Origin: Cenococcum geophilum
Lineage: Eukaryota
DNA length: 64,000 nt
Assembly: GCA_050273025.1 (NCBI GenBank)
Contig: CP158635.1
Coordinates: forward strand, 30,256,001-30,320,000
Direction of reading: 5' to 3'
Below the pieces are notes generated by a model. It was given only the letters and a program-made list of their open reading frames with translations. It made no database searches and was not told the origin of the DNA. A program made the position numbers and the translations under genes. Positions 38,401 through 53,249 of this stretch are shown here, one piece after another. Numbering within the stretch: the first letter of the stretch is position 1; each line of letters starts with the position of its first letter.

Positions 38401-40677
38401 AAACTTAGTAAATATAAGCTAGTTAATCCAGTTATTTTATAAGTACGACGTATATATCCAAATATACTATTCTATTATAGTATTTACATATTCCGTTTAG
38501 CTATCTATTTTTGGGTAGTATATTATAAATAGTAGTGCTTTAATATAGAGTTAGGTAGTTAGTTCTTTTTAAAATATAAAGATAAACTAGCTACCTTTAT
38601 TAGAGATAATTGTTTTAGGGAGTCCGTGGAGTTTCTATACATAGTTTAGGAACAGTTAAGCAATAGTAAGTATTAATATATTAGGGCAGGCGATTAAGTA
38701 TCTTATTTTAGACAGTTGGTCTATAACTACTATAATATTTATACAGCCTTTACTTACGGGGAGATTAATAACAAAGTTAATTAAAATATCTTTCTATCTT
38801 CGGTCCGGAACAGGTAGTGGCTTTAAAAGGCCGTTATACGTCTTATGCGAAGCTTTAGCTTATTAGCAGATATAGTAGCTAGAGACGTACCTTTATATTA
38901 CATTATATATATTTAGCCAGTAGTACTCCTATTAGAGTAGCTTTAGAGTTTTCCCTTAGCCTAGGTAGCTAGCTACTAGTAGGTTATATACGTATTTAAG
39001 GAGCCTAAGCTTAAGTTTATTATAATTAGGGATAACTAAACAGTTCTAGTAATATAAGCGGTTTCCGCAAGCTTTATATTTACTTAGAGAGATCTTCTTA
39101 GAGCGTTTAACGCTATTATAGATTAGCTTAAGCATCTCTTAGATAAACTTGTTATTTAGGTATTCGTTAGTTATAATCTATTTAATTAATTAATTAGTTA
39201 TTTTAAAAACTTATACCATAAGATCTTTAGTAGGAGGGTTAAATAGTTTAGGACGAAGTAGGGTTTAGTTTTAGTAAGAACGTGCCTTTTTTAGTGCTGG
39301 CGTATCTTATAAGTATTAGGTTAAGGTATTAGACTTCTAGCCTTAAACGCTTAGGTAGTATGTAATTAAGAATCGGAAATAAAATAGGTATTCTAACTAG
39401 CGGGCCTAATAGTAGCTTAGCTATTTTATAGTTATAAAGTACTATAGGTTCTTGTAATCACTAAGGACCTTAATTAGAAATTTAGCGCCTTTTAGTTTAG
39501 GTTGCTATTACTTAAAGCATCTAATAATAGCTAGCAATTCCTTATCATAGATCTTATAGTTACATTCGGCTAAGCTTAGTTATTTTAAGTAGTATGCTAC
39601 GGGGTATAATACTCCCTCTTTATTATATTAAGACAGGATGCCTCTAGTAACGTAGTTAGATAAGTCAGCTTCTATAACACTTATTTAGTTTAGGTTAAAG
39701 TGTTAAAGTATAAGCGCGGTAGTAAATATAACCTTTAGATAAATAAAGGCCTTTTTATATTCCTTATTAAAGATAAAGGCTTTATTCTTTTAGGTTAAAG
39801 CTATAAAGGGTAAAATTAGGGCAGAGAAGTTGTTAATAAACCGTTAGTAGAAATTAGCAAATCCTATAAAGGCTCTTATATCCTTAACGTTCTTAGGTTC
39901 TTACTAGTTTATAATTACTTCAATTTTCTTTAGGTCTATTTATATACTATCTATAAAAATAAAAAGCCTAAGGTATAAGACTTTCGTCTTATAAAACTCG
40001 TATTTATTTATATTTAATTATAGACTAGCTCCGTGTAGGGCTTATAGGATAAAGTTAACGTGTTTCTAATATTTAGTTAGGTTATTACTGTATATTAAAA
40101 TATTGTTAATATAAGCAGTATAGAAAATGTCTAGGTAGGGGTGTAGGGTATTATTTACATAATGTTAAAACAAGCTTAGAGCATTTATAAGGCCAAATAG
40201 CGTTATTAAGTATTTAAATAATCTATACTAAGTACGAAATACAGTAAGCTATTTATATCCCTTTACTATATAAAGGCGGTTAAATGCAGAGATAATATTA
40301 AGCTTTGTATAGTAGCGAGCCTTACTTAATTAGTTTAGTGTCTCCTATATTAATGGGATTAGGTATTAGTTCTTAACGGTAACGGCATTAAGAGCTTAGT
40401 AGCCTATATAGAAGCGTAGTCCGCCGCCTAGTTTTTTAATAAAAATTACTAATACGGCTATAGGTAAAGAGCTTACTCTAATAAATCCTTTACTTAGGTT
40501 CTTGTCTAGATACTTCTATAACACTTAGAGTTTATTTTAGGATATTTTGTATAGGGGTCTAAATCTAGGCTGCTTTCCTTCTTCTAGTATAATCTTATTA
40601 TTATACAATTAGTGTTCCGGTAGCTTATCGGCTTCCTTTTATAAAAATACCTCTAGGCGGTTATAGTATTCTACTAG

Positions 40678-43600
40678 TGTTACGGACGCTTTAAGTACAA
40701 TGTTACAACTACTTAGAGAAGAGACGGAAGAAGCTAGTTGGTGGATTTAGGTACGGTCTAGGATAGAGCCGATAGAACCATGTGACGAGGAATGGTAACT
40801 AAGGTCACATAATGTAATCTGTATAATCTGTATAATCTATATAATCTATAACAGAGTAAATAGAGCACGCGTACATTATGTATAAGAAGGATTTTATAGG
40901 AGTATGGTTGTGTATTTAAGGACCCTTAGTCCCTACCTAGATAGTTTCTTCCTTATAGTGATTCTTAGAATATAATTAGAGTTAATCTATTAGGCAACTA
41001 CTCTACCAGTTATTATTACGTTGTTGACTTTTATACTTGCATTTCCTATACACCTAGCCTAATAATGAGCCTATCGTAGTTTTTGCTACAAGGTTCCGTT
41101 ACACAATCACTACCTAGTTATAGTATTAATATAAGAAGTCAAATAACATGCCACTAAAAGCAGCCACTACGATGCTATTGACGGCAGCAACTACTTTAAA
41201 GATAGGAGGTGATACTAGTATAGTAGATACTAACTTATAGCAACCTATAACGGTCGGACAGCTATAGGAGATAGTTAACTAGCTAACAGCTAACAATATA
41301 GTATTGGAAGAAAGACTTAACGGGATAGGAGTAGCAAAGATTAAGCTACTATTAATTAAGAGATTTATAGGAGAGAGGTTAAAGCTTAAAGGATTCCTTA
41401 TGCAGATGCACTTTAAGGTCTCATAAAAGGGAGTAAAATTACCTATACTTATGGATCGGATAGCCTACGCAGGACTATTCTTATTAGGAAAAGCACTTAA
41501 GTGGTTTAAACTTTACCTTATAGAGATACAGGCAAACGGAATAACGACCACTAACTAAAATATGCGATTTATGTTCTTAAGTTGGGAAGGATTCATAGAA
41601 CAACTTACGCAGATATTTAGAGACCTAGAAGAAATAACTATAGCGGAAAGAAAACTCCAGAACCTTATGTAATAAACTTTAGTAATTAAGTATATAATAT
41701 AGTTCTAGACACTAGTAATATAAGTAGAGTGGAATAATAGGGCGCTTATGGCATAGTATAAATAAGGACTTAAGGCTAAAGTCTAGGACGCGATTATCCT
41801 AATAGAAGATGCGGACACCCTAAGGGAACTAATAGATTAGGTAATTAAGATTAACAATTAAATCTACTAAAGGGAATAGGCTAAGAGAGGCTAGGATAGA
41901 GTTCTATAGTTATATAAGGCGCAGAGTACGTAATAACAAAAGCTAAGTTAGAAACTATAGTATGGCGCAAAGCTAATGGACCTAAGTAGTACCAAAGAAG
42001 CCTATAAGAGATAGAGTAAACTATAGAAACCTAGAGGATAAGGATTAAGTAATTAAAGGTCTAAGGAGCAGAGGCCAAATTAGGGATCTTAATAGCAGAA
42101 GACATTCAGGCGGACTCTATAGCAAGAGAAATAGTTTAAAAAGGGAGCTTATATAAATTACGGAAAATAGGGTTATTACATTAGAGACTATAGAAGTAGG
42201 CAGAGTCACTATATAGTAAAAGGCATAAGACTAGTAGACGACATACATGTATAGAGGGATAATAATATACTATGAGGAATAAAAGAGTGTTTAATTAGAA
42301 GTTTTGCGTTTTATTATAATAACGCATACCGAATTTATAAGGACGCTAAGTATGGCGCAAGCTATTAGCTATAAGAGCTAGTACTTACAGGATATAGAGG
42401 AACTAACGAACTAGTTCGTAGATCGGACATTAAAGACAATAAATTTAACCTAGGCGAAACATTCTATAACAATAAGGCAACAAGGGCCGCTTACTAGGAG
42501 CGAGCAGACCTTAGAGATGTTATACTAGAAGTAGAGGATAATTCTACTATAAAATAGGGAACATTAGTAGGGATCGAAACCCCACTAGATACGATATCTA
42601 TCGCTTCGCGAGACGCAAGAGAAGTAGGACAGCGAACTACTTCGGCACTCAATAAAGGCAAAAGGCTAAAAGCTTAAGATTCTTAAGACGAGATAAAAGA
42701 CAACTAAGATTCTTAAAACGAGATAAGGCATACCTAAGGACCTATAACAGACGAAAACCGATAGAGCAGGGCAGTAGCTTAGTTCAGAAATATACAAATA
42801 AGCTCGGGATAGAGTTTCCTATAGGTATAAGACTCTTAAAACAAGATAAGTAAGATTTAAGACTCTTAAGATAAGATAAGAACACTACAGACGCCTAGTT
42901 AGACTAAGGCGGGAGCTAAGCTTAAGTTAGAAGTAAGCTTAGGATTAAAGAATTTAAGGGACTAAGATTTTAGAGTATAAATAAGGACATCTATAGGTAA
43001 GAGGCAAGGAGCTTCTTTATAGATTAGAGAATCTGCAATATAAATAGCAGTTAGACTAAGAGACAGACATATAAACCTAGAAGACTTACTAGGGGAACGT
43101 AGTGTTTAGCCTAAAGATTAAAAGTTTAATACTAAGATCAAGAAGTAAGATAACTTTAAAAATTAGAGCGTAAGGCGCAAACCGAAAGAAACCATGGAAG
43201 AGTTTAGGTAAAGAATTATTACATAGCAAGAATAGAAACTAGATAAGAGATTTAGCATATTAGGACGTATAAAGGACAGAGCACTAGTATAAAGAATCAC
43301 TAATAGGCTAAGAGCAGGCATACTAAGAGCTAAGTGGCTTATTAAACTAAAAAATAAAGAAGATCTAGGGATTCTAACTAGGTTTAAAGAATAATATATA
43401 AAGGGCTATTATAATACAGCGACAAGAAGATACTTCCTTACGGATAAGCCGTATATACTCCAGCAGTTATACCAAAAGTGGTATAGATAGAGGCACAACA
43501 ATAAGTGGGAAGATTTCTATATATAGTTGGATGAAAAAGTTATTTAAAACCACCTAATTACAAAAAAGGCTATAACGCATATTAAAGGAGCCTTAATTAT

Positions 43601-46600
43601 AACGTTAAAGGATCTAGAGAAACGTTTAGAAGACTAGAGAAGTAAGAGACGTATCTTAATACCTATAAATAAAGTTATAATGTTTAGATTAGCACAATAA
43701 AGGTTTAAACTTAGGGATAAAGACGAGCTAAGAGTTAACCTAAAGTACCTAGCATACTATACGTTATTATGGATTGCGTATATAGACGATATATACGACA
43801 TATATAAGAATCCGAAGGAAAAGAATTAGAAATACCCTATAAGGATATACTAAATAATAGACGAGTAATAGTATAGGAATGCTAAATATATATATAAATG
43901 GCATCCAGCAGAAGTCCAAGAGGAAGGAAGTTTAGTACTTTAACTAGGAAGATTCCTTACGGAAGAATGCTTAGACGAACAACAGTGGTAGGAATACCTA
44001 GAAAACACGTATTTATAGCATATTAAAGATAAAAAGCAAACTAGGTATTGGCTAAAGAGCGAGCCAAGTATACTAGGATTAAGCAGCTAATAGTTAGGAA
44101 AAGTAGAGGCCTACGGGACCAGAGGGAGCCAGTAGTAAAGCCTTAGACCCTTAAAGGAATTTAAGGACAACACCTAAATTTACGAATTAATTGGTAAGAT
44201 TAGTAGTTTAAAGCGCTAATAGATAGTGGAGTAACGCAAAACCATATCTCACTAGCAGTAGTTAAAAGAATGGGACTACCTTATAGGTAAAAGGAGCAAC
44301 CTTACCTATTAGTTACAATTTCAGGAGATCTAATAACCTATAGAGAAGGAATCATTAATCTTAAAATAGGACCTATTTAGATAACTATTAAAGGAAGACA
44401 AATTAAGATATTTTTTAATATCCTACCATTAGGACGGGATAAGGTAGTATTAGGCATGCCTTGGTTACAGGAATACAATCTAAGGATCGATTGGATTACA
44501 GGTTAGGTTAATATTAGAAATACTTAATGCCGTAAGATATAATAATAAGCTAAGTTAGTATAGTACTAAGTAGGAGCAACCTATAAAGAAATAGAAAAAG
44601 GACTAAGTTACGTACTAAAAAGATACTATAAGTATGGTAAAAAACTATGGTTACTGGAGAGTAAAAAGCTGTTAGAATATGCAGCATAGGACTATAAGAT
44701 AGAATTAGAACCAGAAATAAGTCTAAAGTTCTTTCCAATCTATAAGCTTACCAAAGAAGAAGGTAAAGCGTTAAAAGAGTTTATCTAGGAAAATCTATAA
44801 AAGGGATATATTAGACTATTACAGTTATTAGCGGGTTATCCAGTACTATTTATACTAAAGAAAAATAGCAAACTAAGGCTGTATATTAACTATAGACAGT
44901 TAAACAGTATTACTAGGAAGGATAGGTATCCTTTACCCTTAATTAGCGAAATTTAAAATAGGATAGGCAATACGCAAATCTTTACGAAGATAGATCTAAA
45001 ATAGGCGTACCATTAGATTAGAATTAAGGAAGGCGATAAATAGAAAGTAGCCTTTAGGTTAAAGGAAGGACTATATAAACTATTAGTTATACAATTCGGG
45101 CTTATAAATGCACTAGTAATATTCCAAAAGCGTATTAATAATATATTAGGAGAACACTTAGATGAATTTATTATAGTATATTTTAATAATATTATTATAT
45201 ACTTAATAACTAAGAAAGAATATAGGGAATATATTAAATAGGTTTTAAAGAGACTATAAGAAGAATAGATACTAGTAGTAATTAAAAAATGCAAGTTCTT
45301 TACCAGGAAGACCAATTTCGTTAGATTTATTATTAAACTAGGCCAACTTAATATAGATTTAAAGAAGATCGAGGCTATAGCGAATTAGTAAGAACTAGAG
45401 AACGTTATATAGTTAAGATCGTTTTTAGGGTTTTATAATTACTGCAGAAGGTTTATAGCGCAATGGTTAAAGGATATTAAGCCATTTACGCGGTTAATAA
45501 AGAAAGAAGAACTATAGGTATAGGAAGAGGAGCAAAAGGAACTCTTTAAAAAAGTTAAAGAGTTGTTTACCTAAGAGCTAGTTCTTAAAATCTATTAACT
45601 AGGACTAGAGACGGTTGTAAAAACAGATGCATTAGACTATATATTAGGGGCGTGCTTTATATAAAGGCATTAAGATAAATAGCACCTAGTGGTATACTAT
45701 AGTTAAAAGATAATACCACTAGAGTTAAACTATAACATCTATAATAAGGAGTTATTAGGTATAGTTATAGTATTAAAGGAATAGAGAGCATTCTTATAAG
45801 GTATAGAAAAACTATTTATGGTTAAGACGGATTATAAGAACCTAATAGGATTCCTAACGACGAAGGAACTTAACTAAAGATAGGTTAGATAGGTAGAGAT
45901 GCTTACAGAATACTATTTTAAGATTTAGTATACTAAAGGTATAGACAATACGCGGGTAGATACTCTAAGCCGTAAAGCTAAACTATAAAATAAGGAAAAG
46001 CTATTAGGGGCTTTATTACAAAAAGATATAAACGGATTAATTAGGTATAATCATCCGAAAATCGCAGTAACTTAAGAAAACGATAAATTAGAGAAAGTCT
46101 ACAAGATACTAAAAAGCTTTTAGGTATAAAGAATTCTAAAAGCATAGCTAGAAGATCTATAGGCGGATATATACGAAAATTGGGAAGTAAAGTATATCCT
46201 AAAAAGTATAGCAGAATAGTTTATAGAAGACTTTTATAAGGGACTAACTTAAGGACACAATAGAGCTATAGGCTTAGTATTAAGACTCTAAAAGGAGTAC
46301 ATTATTAACGGAATCTAAAGGATAGCTAGAAAAGTTATAAAAGAATACCTAGATTGCTAAAGGAATAAACTAACAAAGCATAAGCTATATAGAGGGCTAC
46401 AACCTATTAAAATACTAGAAAGACTATAGGAGGTCATATTATAGGACTTTATTATTAAGTTACTAAAATTAAAAAATCCTATTACCGGACAAGATTATAA
46501 CGCGATCTTAGTAATAGTAGATAAGCTTATAAAGTGGGGATACTTTATAACATATACAGAAGAAATCTCAGCGGAAGATGTCGCTAGAATCTACATAAAA

Positions 46601-48651
46601 GAAGTATTTATAAGATATAAAGTACTAAGCAAGATTATATTAGATAGAGATCTAAGATTCGTAATAATATTTTAGGAAGTATTCTTAGCAAAGCAAGGAG
46701 TTTAAGCAGTAACTTCTACTATATATTATCTATAGACAGATAGCTAAATAGAAAGATTAAATTAAATACTAGAGCAGTATTTAAGGCATTATATCAATTA
46801 TGCACAGAATAATTGGGTATTACTATTACCAGTTATATAATTCGCATATAATACAACACCTTAAGAAGGAATAGGCATATTACTATTTAAGGCAAATTAC
46901 GGATATAAGCTAAGAACATTGTTATTACTACGGTAAGCGAAGAAAATAAGTAGCATAGCCAAAGAAAGAATAAAGATGTTAATAAATTTTTATATAGACC
47001 TTATAGAATCAGCAAAGAAAGTATAAAAAAGAATAAAAAAGTACTATAATGCTAAGAGACCTAAGGGACTAGATCTTAAGGAGGGAGATAAAGTATAGCT
47101 ACTACACAAAAATTTTAAGAGTTAACAACTAAGTAAGAAATTGGATTATATTAGACTAGGACCTTTTAAAATTACGTAAAGAATTTCACCAGTTATGTTT
47201 AAGTTAGACCTACTAGCTAAAATAAAGATCTACCCTATATAGTATATCGCAATGCTAGAGCCAGTATATAGGAATATTAAGCTACTGGTTTATAAAGTAG
47301 ACACGTATAGAGGACAGGAAAAAGACAAATGGTAAGTTTTAAAGATCGTTAATTATAAGGACATTAACGATAAAATATGGTACGAGGTTAAGTAAATAGG
47401 CTATACTAAGACTACCTAGGAACTACTAGAGAATTTAAAGAATGCTATAGGAAAGGTACAGGAGTATCGGAAGAGATTAGGTTAGGCAGTATTAATAAAA
47501 AAGGATTACTAAAGAATAAGTTACCTAAGGGGGACCTAAGAAGAGTAGTTACCGAACTACTTAGATCTGTTTCCTTCTCTATTAAAAGGGAATCCGTTTT
47601 TTTATTACCTAGTTCCTGTAGACCTTATTTTATAAGTTTCTACTCCTTAAAACGAACCTTCTTACGCACCTTCTTAAGATAGATTAGCTGAGTGGACGCC
47701 GCCAAACGAGACTCAAGAGCCCGTTGCTAAGTATTAGCAGCCTCCTGTTCAGCGTTCTAAGATTGGCGCAATTTAGCAAGAGTAATAGACAGTTTATTAT
47801 CTAGCCGCGCAGCAGTAGATTAAATATAAAACCCTAAGATAAATTAATTAGGGAACTAGACAACTATTAAGAGTAATAGGTCGCGTATATTTAGCATTAG
47901 AAGTAAAGTGAACGTCGTAGAACAAACGAATATTCGCTTTAGTGCACTCCAAGCAAAAGGACGGTTGTCGCGAAGATAGGTTCACCAACGCAATATAAAC
48001 CAACCCCTCTTTTAAACAGCGAGAATATAGAGACGGTATAATCTTACTAAGAGACAATATTGCAGCTATAGTGCGAGCATAACGAGTAGTCAAGGAAGAA
48101 GAAATTGCTTTAGGCATAATAAGCAATAATGTTAACTAAATTAATTAGACGGATATTACACCTCTAGTAAACGACTTAAAGATATTTTAAATCTTTAAGG
48201 ATAAAGATAAAGAGGAGGGAGATGGTGTTACGGACGCTTTAAGTACGATATTATAACTACTTAGAGAAGAGACGGAAGAAGCTAGTTAGTGGATTTAGGC
48301 ACGGTTTAGGATAGAGCTAATAGAACTATATAACGAGGAATGGTAACTAAGGTCACATGATGTAATCTGTATAATCTATATAATTTGTGTAATCTGTGAC
48401 AGAGTAGATAAAGCACGCGTATATTATATATAAGAAGGATTTTATAGGAGTACGGTTGTGTATTTAAGGACCCTTAGTCCCTACCTAGATAGTTCCTTCC
48501 TTATAGTGATTCTTAAAATATAATTGGAGTTAATCTATTAGGTAACCACTCCACTAATTGTTATTACGTTATTGACTTTTGTATTTGCATTTCCTACACA
48601 CCTAGCCCAATAACGAGCCTATTATAGTTCTTGCTACAAGGTTCCGTTACA
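40678..48651 (+). mobile_element. Ty3/Gypsy family A copy A3
   Basis: 426-bp LTRs 40678-41103 and 48226-48651, perfect TSD actag at 40673-40677 and 48652-48656, gag ATG 41148, PPT aagaggagggagatgg before the 3' LTR. Confidence 0.97.
47445..48117 (-). pseudogene. Antisense Cys6 accessory gene of A3
   Basis: ORF track 47848..48126: MPKA...SRCLKEGLV...SFCLECTKANIR; retains the ATG and several Cys codons. Confidence 0.72.
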
Positions 48652-51600
48652 ACTAGTACCTTTATAGTAGGGTTAGTATACTTCTTTAGTACTAAGGCTT
48701 TCTTAATATTAGCTATAGTAATAGCGAAGATTGTATATTTAGGTTTCTTAGCGAGTTATGCTAGCGGGGTAGCTCTAATTATATGGATATTTAGGGCGTT
48801 AAGCAGGCTCTGGTTATCTATAGTTTCTTATATAGTTCCTTACTTAATTTTAGGTTTAGTATTAGGTACGGAGTTAGTATTAGATTTAGGTTTAGGTTCT
48901 TTAAGTATGCTTTTTATAGTAGAGTACTAGTCCTTCTAGTATTTCCATGTGGTAAGCTTAAGCTTCTACTTAGTTTGGGGCGGTATAGTACTTAGGATCT
49001 ATTTATAAGGTTTAGTAGAGTTTTTAGATCCTTAGTAGATATTAGTAGAAATCTTACGTTGGTGGAATTTAGTGGAATTCCTAGGTTAGTGGAATCTAGT
49101 AGATTCCTTAGGTATAGGGTAGATATTAGTAGAAATCTTAGGCTAATAAATTTTAGTAGATTTCCTAAATTTTAGTTTAGGGTTAGGATAGTGCGTTATA
49201 AGGCACTTCTGCTTATAATAGGAGGCAGTAAATAGAAGTTTAAGGTTGTCCTAATTAATGGTTACCTTATATAGCTTTATTTAGGGTTATTTTAGAATTA
49301 CTAGGTGACCTAATATAGTAACGAAAAGCTTAATCTGTTCTTTATGGTTTAGGTATTAAAGTCTTAGGTATACTACGTAGGTAATTTAACCTAAGACCGT
49401 GTGTTTACTATTAAATCCAAATATATTAATATGCTAGTTAAGGGGGGTTAGGGTAAAACTATTATCTTACGCAAAGATCTTGTTAATAAATCCTATACTA
49501 CTAGCTCCTATATTAATTAGGACTCGAGCATTAGCCTATTAATTATTCTGCTAAAGATAATAGTTAACGGTTATACTACAATCCTAAGAGTTAAAGTTCG
49601 TAATATCTAAAGTATTTAATGAGATTTTAAGGCAGAGCCGTTCTAGAGAGCAACTTAACTCTAAAACGTGCCTTTTAGTAATAAGCGGGAAGGGGTTTCT
49701 ATAGAATATTGGTTATAGCTTTACCCTTATAAGTAGTACTTATTAGATATAGGGCTAAAACTAGGTAAAGATTAGGGATAGTAACCGGAAGATTAATATA
49801 GTAAACAGCTGCTAGTATTAGCCGTTTATAAATTATTTTAGGACGTAGGTAAGGGGATAAGATAGTATTTTAAGATATAGTCCTTACTTCCGCACTTAAA
49901 GTAAAGGCTTAGCTTAATACGTCTTTCTTATTTAGGGGACCCTAGTAGGGCGTACTTTAGGGTTCCGGTGTTAATATCTATAGCATTAGGGTACTTAGGC
50001 TGAGGTAATAACTTAGTAAACGTTTATAGGGTTGCCGTATTATATTAGGGGGTGGGCTTTAGTATTAGGCATAGTATATCATTATACCGTTTATTAATAA
50101 CGTTTATATAGGTATTAAGGGCTCCTAGTAGGTCTATACATATTAAGGAGGTTTTTAGTTTAGGGCTTAGGGATTTAATAAGGCTATTAACTAGTATAGA
50201 GTCGTTCTAGCTAGTCTCCTTTACATAACAGTTAAATTCGGAGAAGTATACTAGGAAACTTTTTATTCCTTAAGCTATATAGTTTATCTTTCTCTAAGCA
50301 GTAGCCTAGCGGTTTGGATTACCATATATAGCTTTAAGAAGTACAACTAGGCTTTATACTAAGTTCGGTTAAAGGGGTTTAATAAGGTTAGCTACCTTTT
50401 CTCCTAGTCAACTTAGGGCGTAATACAGTTAATTAGCTTTAGTTAGGTAATAGTTAGCGTTACTAGTTAGCTTATTCTTAAGCTAGCTTAAAAATAATTA
50501 GAGCTCTTAACGTTTACTAGTAAATACTAGAGGGTTAGGTAGCCGTTTAGATTATTACGGTGTAATAGTTGGTTTAGGGCTTACATTCCGCGTATTTATC
50601 TCTAAAGATAGTATCCGGTCTTAGGGCCCTAACGTAGGTATCTTAAGTGTGCGGATTTCTTCTTAGAGGTCCTTAATTAATTACTAGTATCGTACTTCTT
50701 ATTTAGCTTATTATTAATTTAAAGTGGCTTAGTTTTATATAAGGACGTCTATAAAAGACTTCTATATCTTTACTAGTTATTTTTAGAATACGAATATAAT
50801 ACCGGTGGCCGTTATAGGGGCTTTAGGGTCGTTTTATATTTTGAAGGTGGTATATAAAGTTAACGTAATGTAGTATTACGGAGTGAGTATAAGCGGCGAT
50901 AATATATAGCAAGGTAGATATTATTAAGCTATATACATAAACTATATAAGGAGTTAAGACGTTACGTAAGGAAAGAAGGTAGGAAAATGGGAAGAAAGGG
51001 CATATATTGTTAACTTGGTTGCTTAGTTAATATATATATAGGGTAGAATAGGGTTTAGGTTATAGTCCTAGTAGAACTTAGTAAAATTTAGTAGAACTTG
51101 GCAGAATATGGCAAAATGCCGTAGATTGCCATTAAATTGCCATTAGATTGCCGTTTCGCGGTTAGTCTCTAATTACTAAGTTAGTAGAAACAGGTAGACG
51201 TGTATAAGGTGTTACGGGGGTGTCCCGTGACATGTACTATCCCCCCTTTAAAGACCTTCTCTTTCTTTAAGACTTTTACTTATAGTAATATACGCAGCTA
51301 TAGGGGTACCTATTCTGCCGCTGTTTTTTCTATTCTTTTACTAATTCTTAGTACGCCTAGTGCTACTTCTAGTACTACTACTGCTCCTACTAGTATAGAT
51401 ATATTAGGGTATATTTAGTAATTACTATTTATATACGCGTTAATATAGTTTATAAATAGATAACTAAGATAGCAAAAGATATTTAGGCTATATATTGCTA
51501 ATTAAGTAAGCTTAAAGATTATTTAAGTGACATAAAGGATAAGCTTGCGTTTATAAAGTGTGGTATTATAGTACTTATACGCAACACTAGGTTACTAGAT

Positions 51601-52765
51601 ATAGAATTTAAGTAAATACCGGTTAGCTATTGCTATAGGGTAGCTATTACTATGGGTTAACTATTATTATGGGTTTAGAGTAATAAAATAGTAGCTCTTA
51701 TCTCTCTATTACTATGTATATAGAAATTAAGTCTCTACCTTATATTTAATAGATATAATTAATATTATAAGATCTGTATAAGCTAAGATAAAGATAGTTA
51801 TATATCCGCACCATTAATAATTACTAAGGTAAGTTACTATAGTAGCAATTATTTATTAGTAAGCTAATTTAATAAAATCGGTAGTATAGATATTTACCTT
51901 TAATTAACCTTTAAACCTCTTCTTCCTCTACTAACCTTTTACCTTATAGCACCGCACTATAAACTTTATTATTATTATATTATCTACTATTCCTTAGCAT
52001 TCTACTATCTATAATGCCTTTATTTATACCTATAAATAATATTAATGCAAATAATAGCAGTTAGGTAGTTAAGGAACTTAATATACGCGAAATAAACGAG
52101 GATGCTATTAAGCACGCTATAGTTGCTTTTATTAAGCCTTTAGACTCTGTTCCTAAAGAGCAAGCTTTTTAATACTAAGTTATGCCTATAGCTAATATAA
52201 TTTTAAAATATATATATACTAAAGCGCTCTTTATAGGGTTTAGTAGATAACAAAAAAATAGATAGAATAAAATCCGCCAAAAATCCGTATACCTTTTTAC
52301 TGCCTACCTTTTCGTTACCTACATCTTTGCTATAGACTACTTTGCCATTTACTTCTTTACTGTTTACCTCTCTACTACTACTACCTAATACTTCTAAAAG
52401 GAGACTTAATAAGGGTTATTTATCTTTTTTTTTTTTTTAAAAAAAAAGTAGGCTAAAAAGGCTACTAATATAAATCTAAAGGCTAATATAGCCATTAAAT
52501 CGTATATATTAGTTATACTATTTTAATATCTTATCTACTAATTTACCTTTTATAGTAACCTAAATATTTATAAGGTTTCTTTAGATAGTAAACCTTTAGA
52601 TAGTAGTAAAGATAAAGATTTTAATAACGCCGACTCTTATAATCTCTATAGTACTATAAATATAAATAAGTGCCTTTCTATCTAAGTGCTGTTAGCAAAT
52701 AAATAGTATACTCTAAAAGCTCGCGTTTAGGAAAATATAAAAGAAAGTCGCTAGTAGATATTAAC

Positions 52766-52982
52766 TATAAGGGGACTTTATAGATAGGGGGCTATAAAGA
52801 CACGATTGTAGAATAGGATAGATTGGTAAAAGAGATAAATCCTTAAGAAGGTAAGGCCTTAGGGATCGTGGAGACTATATACTACGGGCACGTGCCTCTA
52901 GTATATAACCGGCGACTATCTAAGGGGCGTCCGGGGGTTGTCCTAAGGGCAACCCAAAGTATCCGCAATAATATCCCTTATA
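52766..52982 (-). mobile_element. Probable 3' LTR of a further LTR element (D); internal sequence continues rightwards, partner LTR not in window
   Basis: The host sequence breaks at 52765; ends tataaggg...cccttata; immediately followed by a C-rich polypurine-tract complement (52983-53000). Confidence 0.7.
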
Positions 52983-53249
52983 TTACCCCCCTCCCCCCTT
53001 CTTATAGTTGGCCCTAATCGCTATTACCTTATAGTAAAAAGATTATAAGGGCTTGTCCCAGAAAGGGTTCGGAGAGATATTAGTATACTATTATATATTA
53101 TCTATCTATCTAACCCCTACTTTAAACTCCTAAAAAACCTTAATAAGGAAAAAACATAACTAGAGAAAAGACGTAAGGATTGCTAGAAAACCTATTAAAA
53201 ACCTACTAAAAGCATACTGGTAACTACCTAGGCTAATATAAAGATTTTT

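Larger units (their letters stand above)
37317..51232 (-). mobile_element. Ty3/Gypsy chromovirus family B, interrupted by A3
   Basis: 359-bp LTRs 37317-37675 and 50874-51232, TSD cgtac/tgtac, gag about 49700-50840, protease about 49500, RT 39900-40600, IN 38300-38950, chromodomain about 37720-37880. Confidence 0.96.
1..52765 (-). mobile_element. Fragmented outer AcademH-like copy (cargo-gene region, reverse orientation); pieces at 1-281, 8167-8179, 8447-8640, 37283-37316, 51238-52765
   Basis: After removing the TSD-bounded insertions, the pieces join colinearly and match the reverse complement of about 13350-15480 of the inner element (e.g. 1-281 vs 15205-15480; 51238-51720 vs 14450-14930). 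Its termini are not in the window. Confidence 0.85.
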
